Source of the DNA: SAR202 cluster bacterium bin22
GTDB taxonomy: Bacteria; Chloroflexota; Dehalococcoidia; Lucifugimonadales; UBA3495
DNA: 64,000 nt
NCBI GenBank assembly: GCA_002238505.1
Contig: MPMM01000008.1
Location: 34,589-98,588 of the forward strand
Direction: 5' to 3'
Below, piece after piece: positions 63,637-64,000 of the stretch. Under the pieces are notes generated by a model. It was given only the letters and a program-made list of their open reading frames with translations. It was not told the origin of the DNA and searched no databases. The translations under genes and the position numbers were made by a program. Every line of letters starts with the position of its first letter. The first letter of the stretch is position 1.

Positions 63637-64000
63637 ATGAGTGTTGACCAACAGACTTGGCGCCGAGTAGCGCGTACCGGCCTTACTGGCCTGGACCGGG
63701 ACAAGGCCTGCCCGGGTAATTTTGTTTATTCACCCTACAACGGGGACGGGAATGGGAATGGTGTAACTTTCCTGCTGGACATGGAAGGCAACGAGTTGCA
63801 CCGGTGGCACCCGCCCACCCCTCCGGGCTCCTGGGGCTACCTGCTGCCCAATGGCAACCTTTTCTACATGGCCAAGGCCGAGCAGTCCAACCCCCGGGCT
63901 ATGCCCGCCACCAATTTTGTCGGCGGCTGGCTGGTGGAGTTGGACTGGGACAGCAACATCGTCTGGGAGCACGTCAACCCGGCCCAGCACCACGACGCCC
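63637..64000 (+). CDS. partial CDS (5' end), beta-propeller / arylsulfotransferase-like
   Basis: ATG follows GGAGG. The frame is open to the window edge. 'GVTFLLDMEGNELHRWH..GYLLPNGNLFY..GGWLVELDWDSNIVWEH'. Not in the ORF track because it is open-ended. Confidence 0.45.
   Translation, partial: MSVDQQTWRRVARTGLTGLDRDKACPGNFVYSPYNGDGNGNGVTFLLDMEGNELHRWHPPTPPGSWGYLLPNGNLFYMAKAEQSNPRAMPATNFVGGWLVELDWDSNIVWEHVNPAQHHDA

Overview
This is a high-GC bacterial chromosome segment. Gene content, PT-rich lipoprotein linkers and dense palindromic intergenic repeats look Chloroflexota-like, but that is inference only. All homology statements come from recognising motifs in the supplied translations; no searches were run. 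The window has two parts.

(1) nt 1-14570 is a visibly lower-GC genomic island. It is bounded on the right by a P4-type tyrosine integrase (13017-14285, -) and tRNA-Ser(GCU) (14479-14570, -). The left boundary is outside the window. The cargo is defence-type:
- hicA (723-980), followed by one uninterrupted 491-codon ORF (995-2470) in which a complete HicB antitoxin is fused to a SMODS/CD-NTase-like nucleotidyltransferase. This is the most unusual item in the window.
- An AbiJ-N-terminal-like protein (3163-4020).
- A complete type II CBASS operon on the minus strand: CD-NTase 7860-8891, Cap2 E2/E1 6044-7852, Cap3 JAB 5548-6060, TIR-SAVED 4317-5555.
- A divergently transcribed Crp/Fnr-type cNMP-domain regulator (9093-9857).
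- Decayed material: a serine-recombinase pseudogene, a truncated STAND P-loop NTPase and an IS1-type transposase remnant.

(2) nt 14571-64000 carries core genes: apt, MBL hydrolase, dienelactone hydrolase, S1 protease, ComDE-like TPP decarboxylase, flavin reductase, recF, MFS, MscS, RdhA/QueG-like Fe-S protein, Ldh_2, MDR reductase, MetE-like, hemW, RCC1-repeat protein, AlkD-like, selB, glyA, rpsF-ssb-rpsR, PPIase, hom-thrC-folE, GNAT, GT4 and DUF502. These are separated by unusually long intergenic regions built from several short repeat families. Notable among them are two MITE-like families, ~400-500 bp direct repeats flanking a TPR-CAP lipoprotein gene, and two low-GC single-gene insertions (Zn-ribbon/DUF4145 at 51533-52225; SeqA-N-like orphan at 38653-39090).
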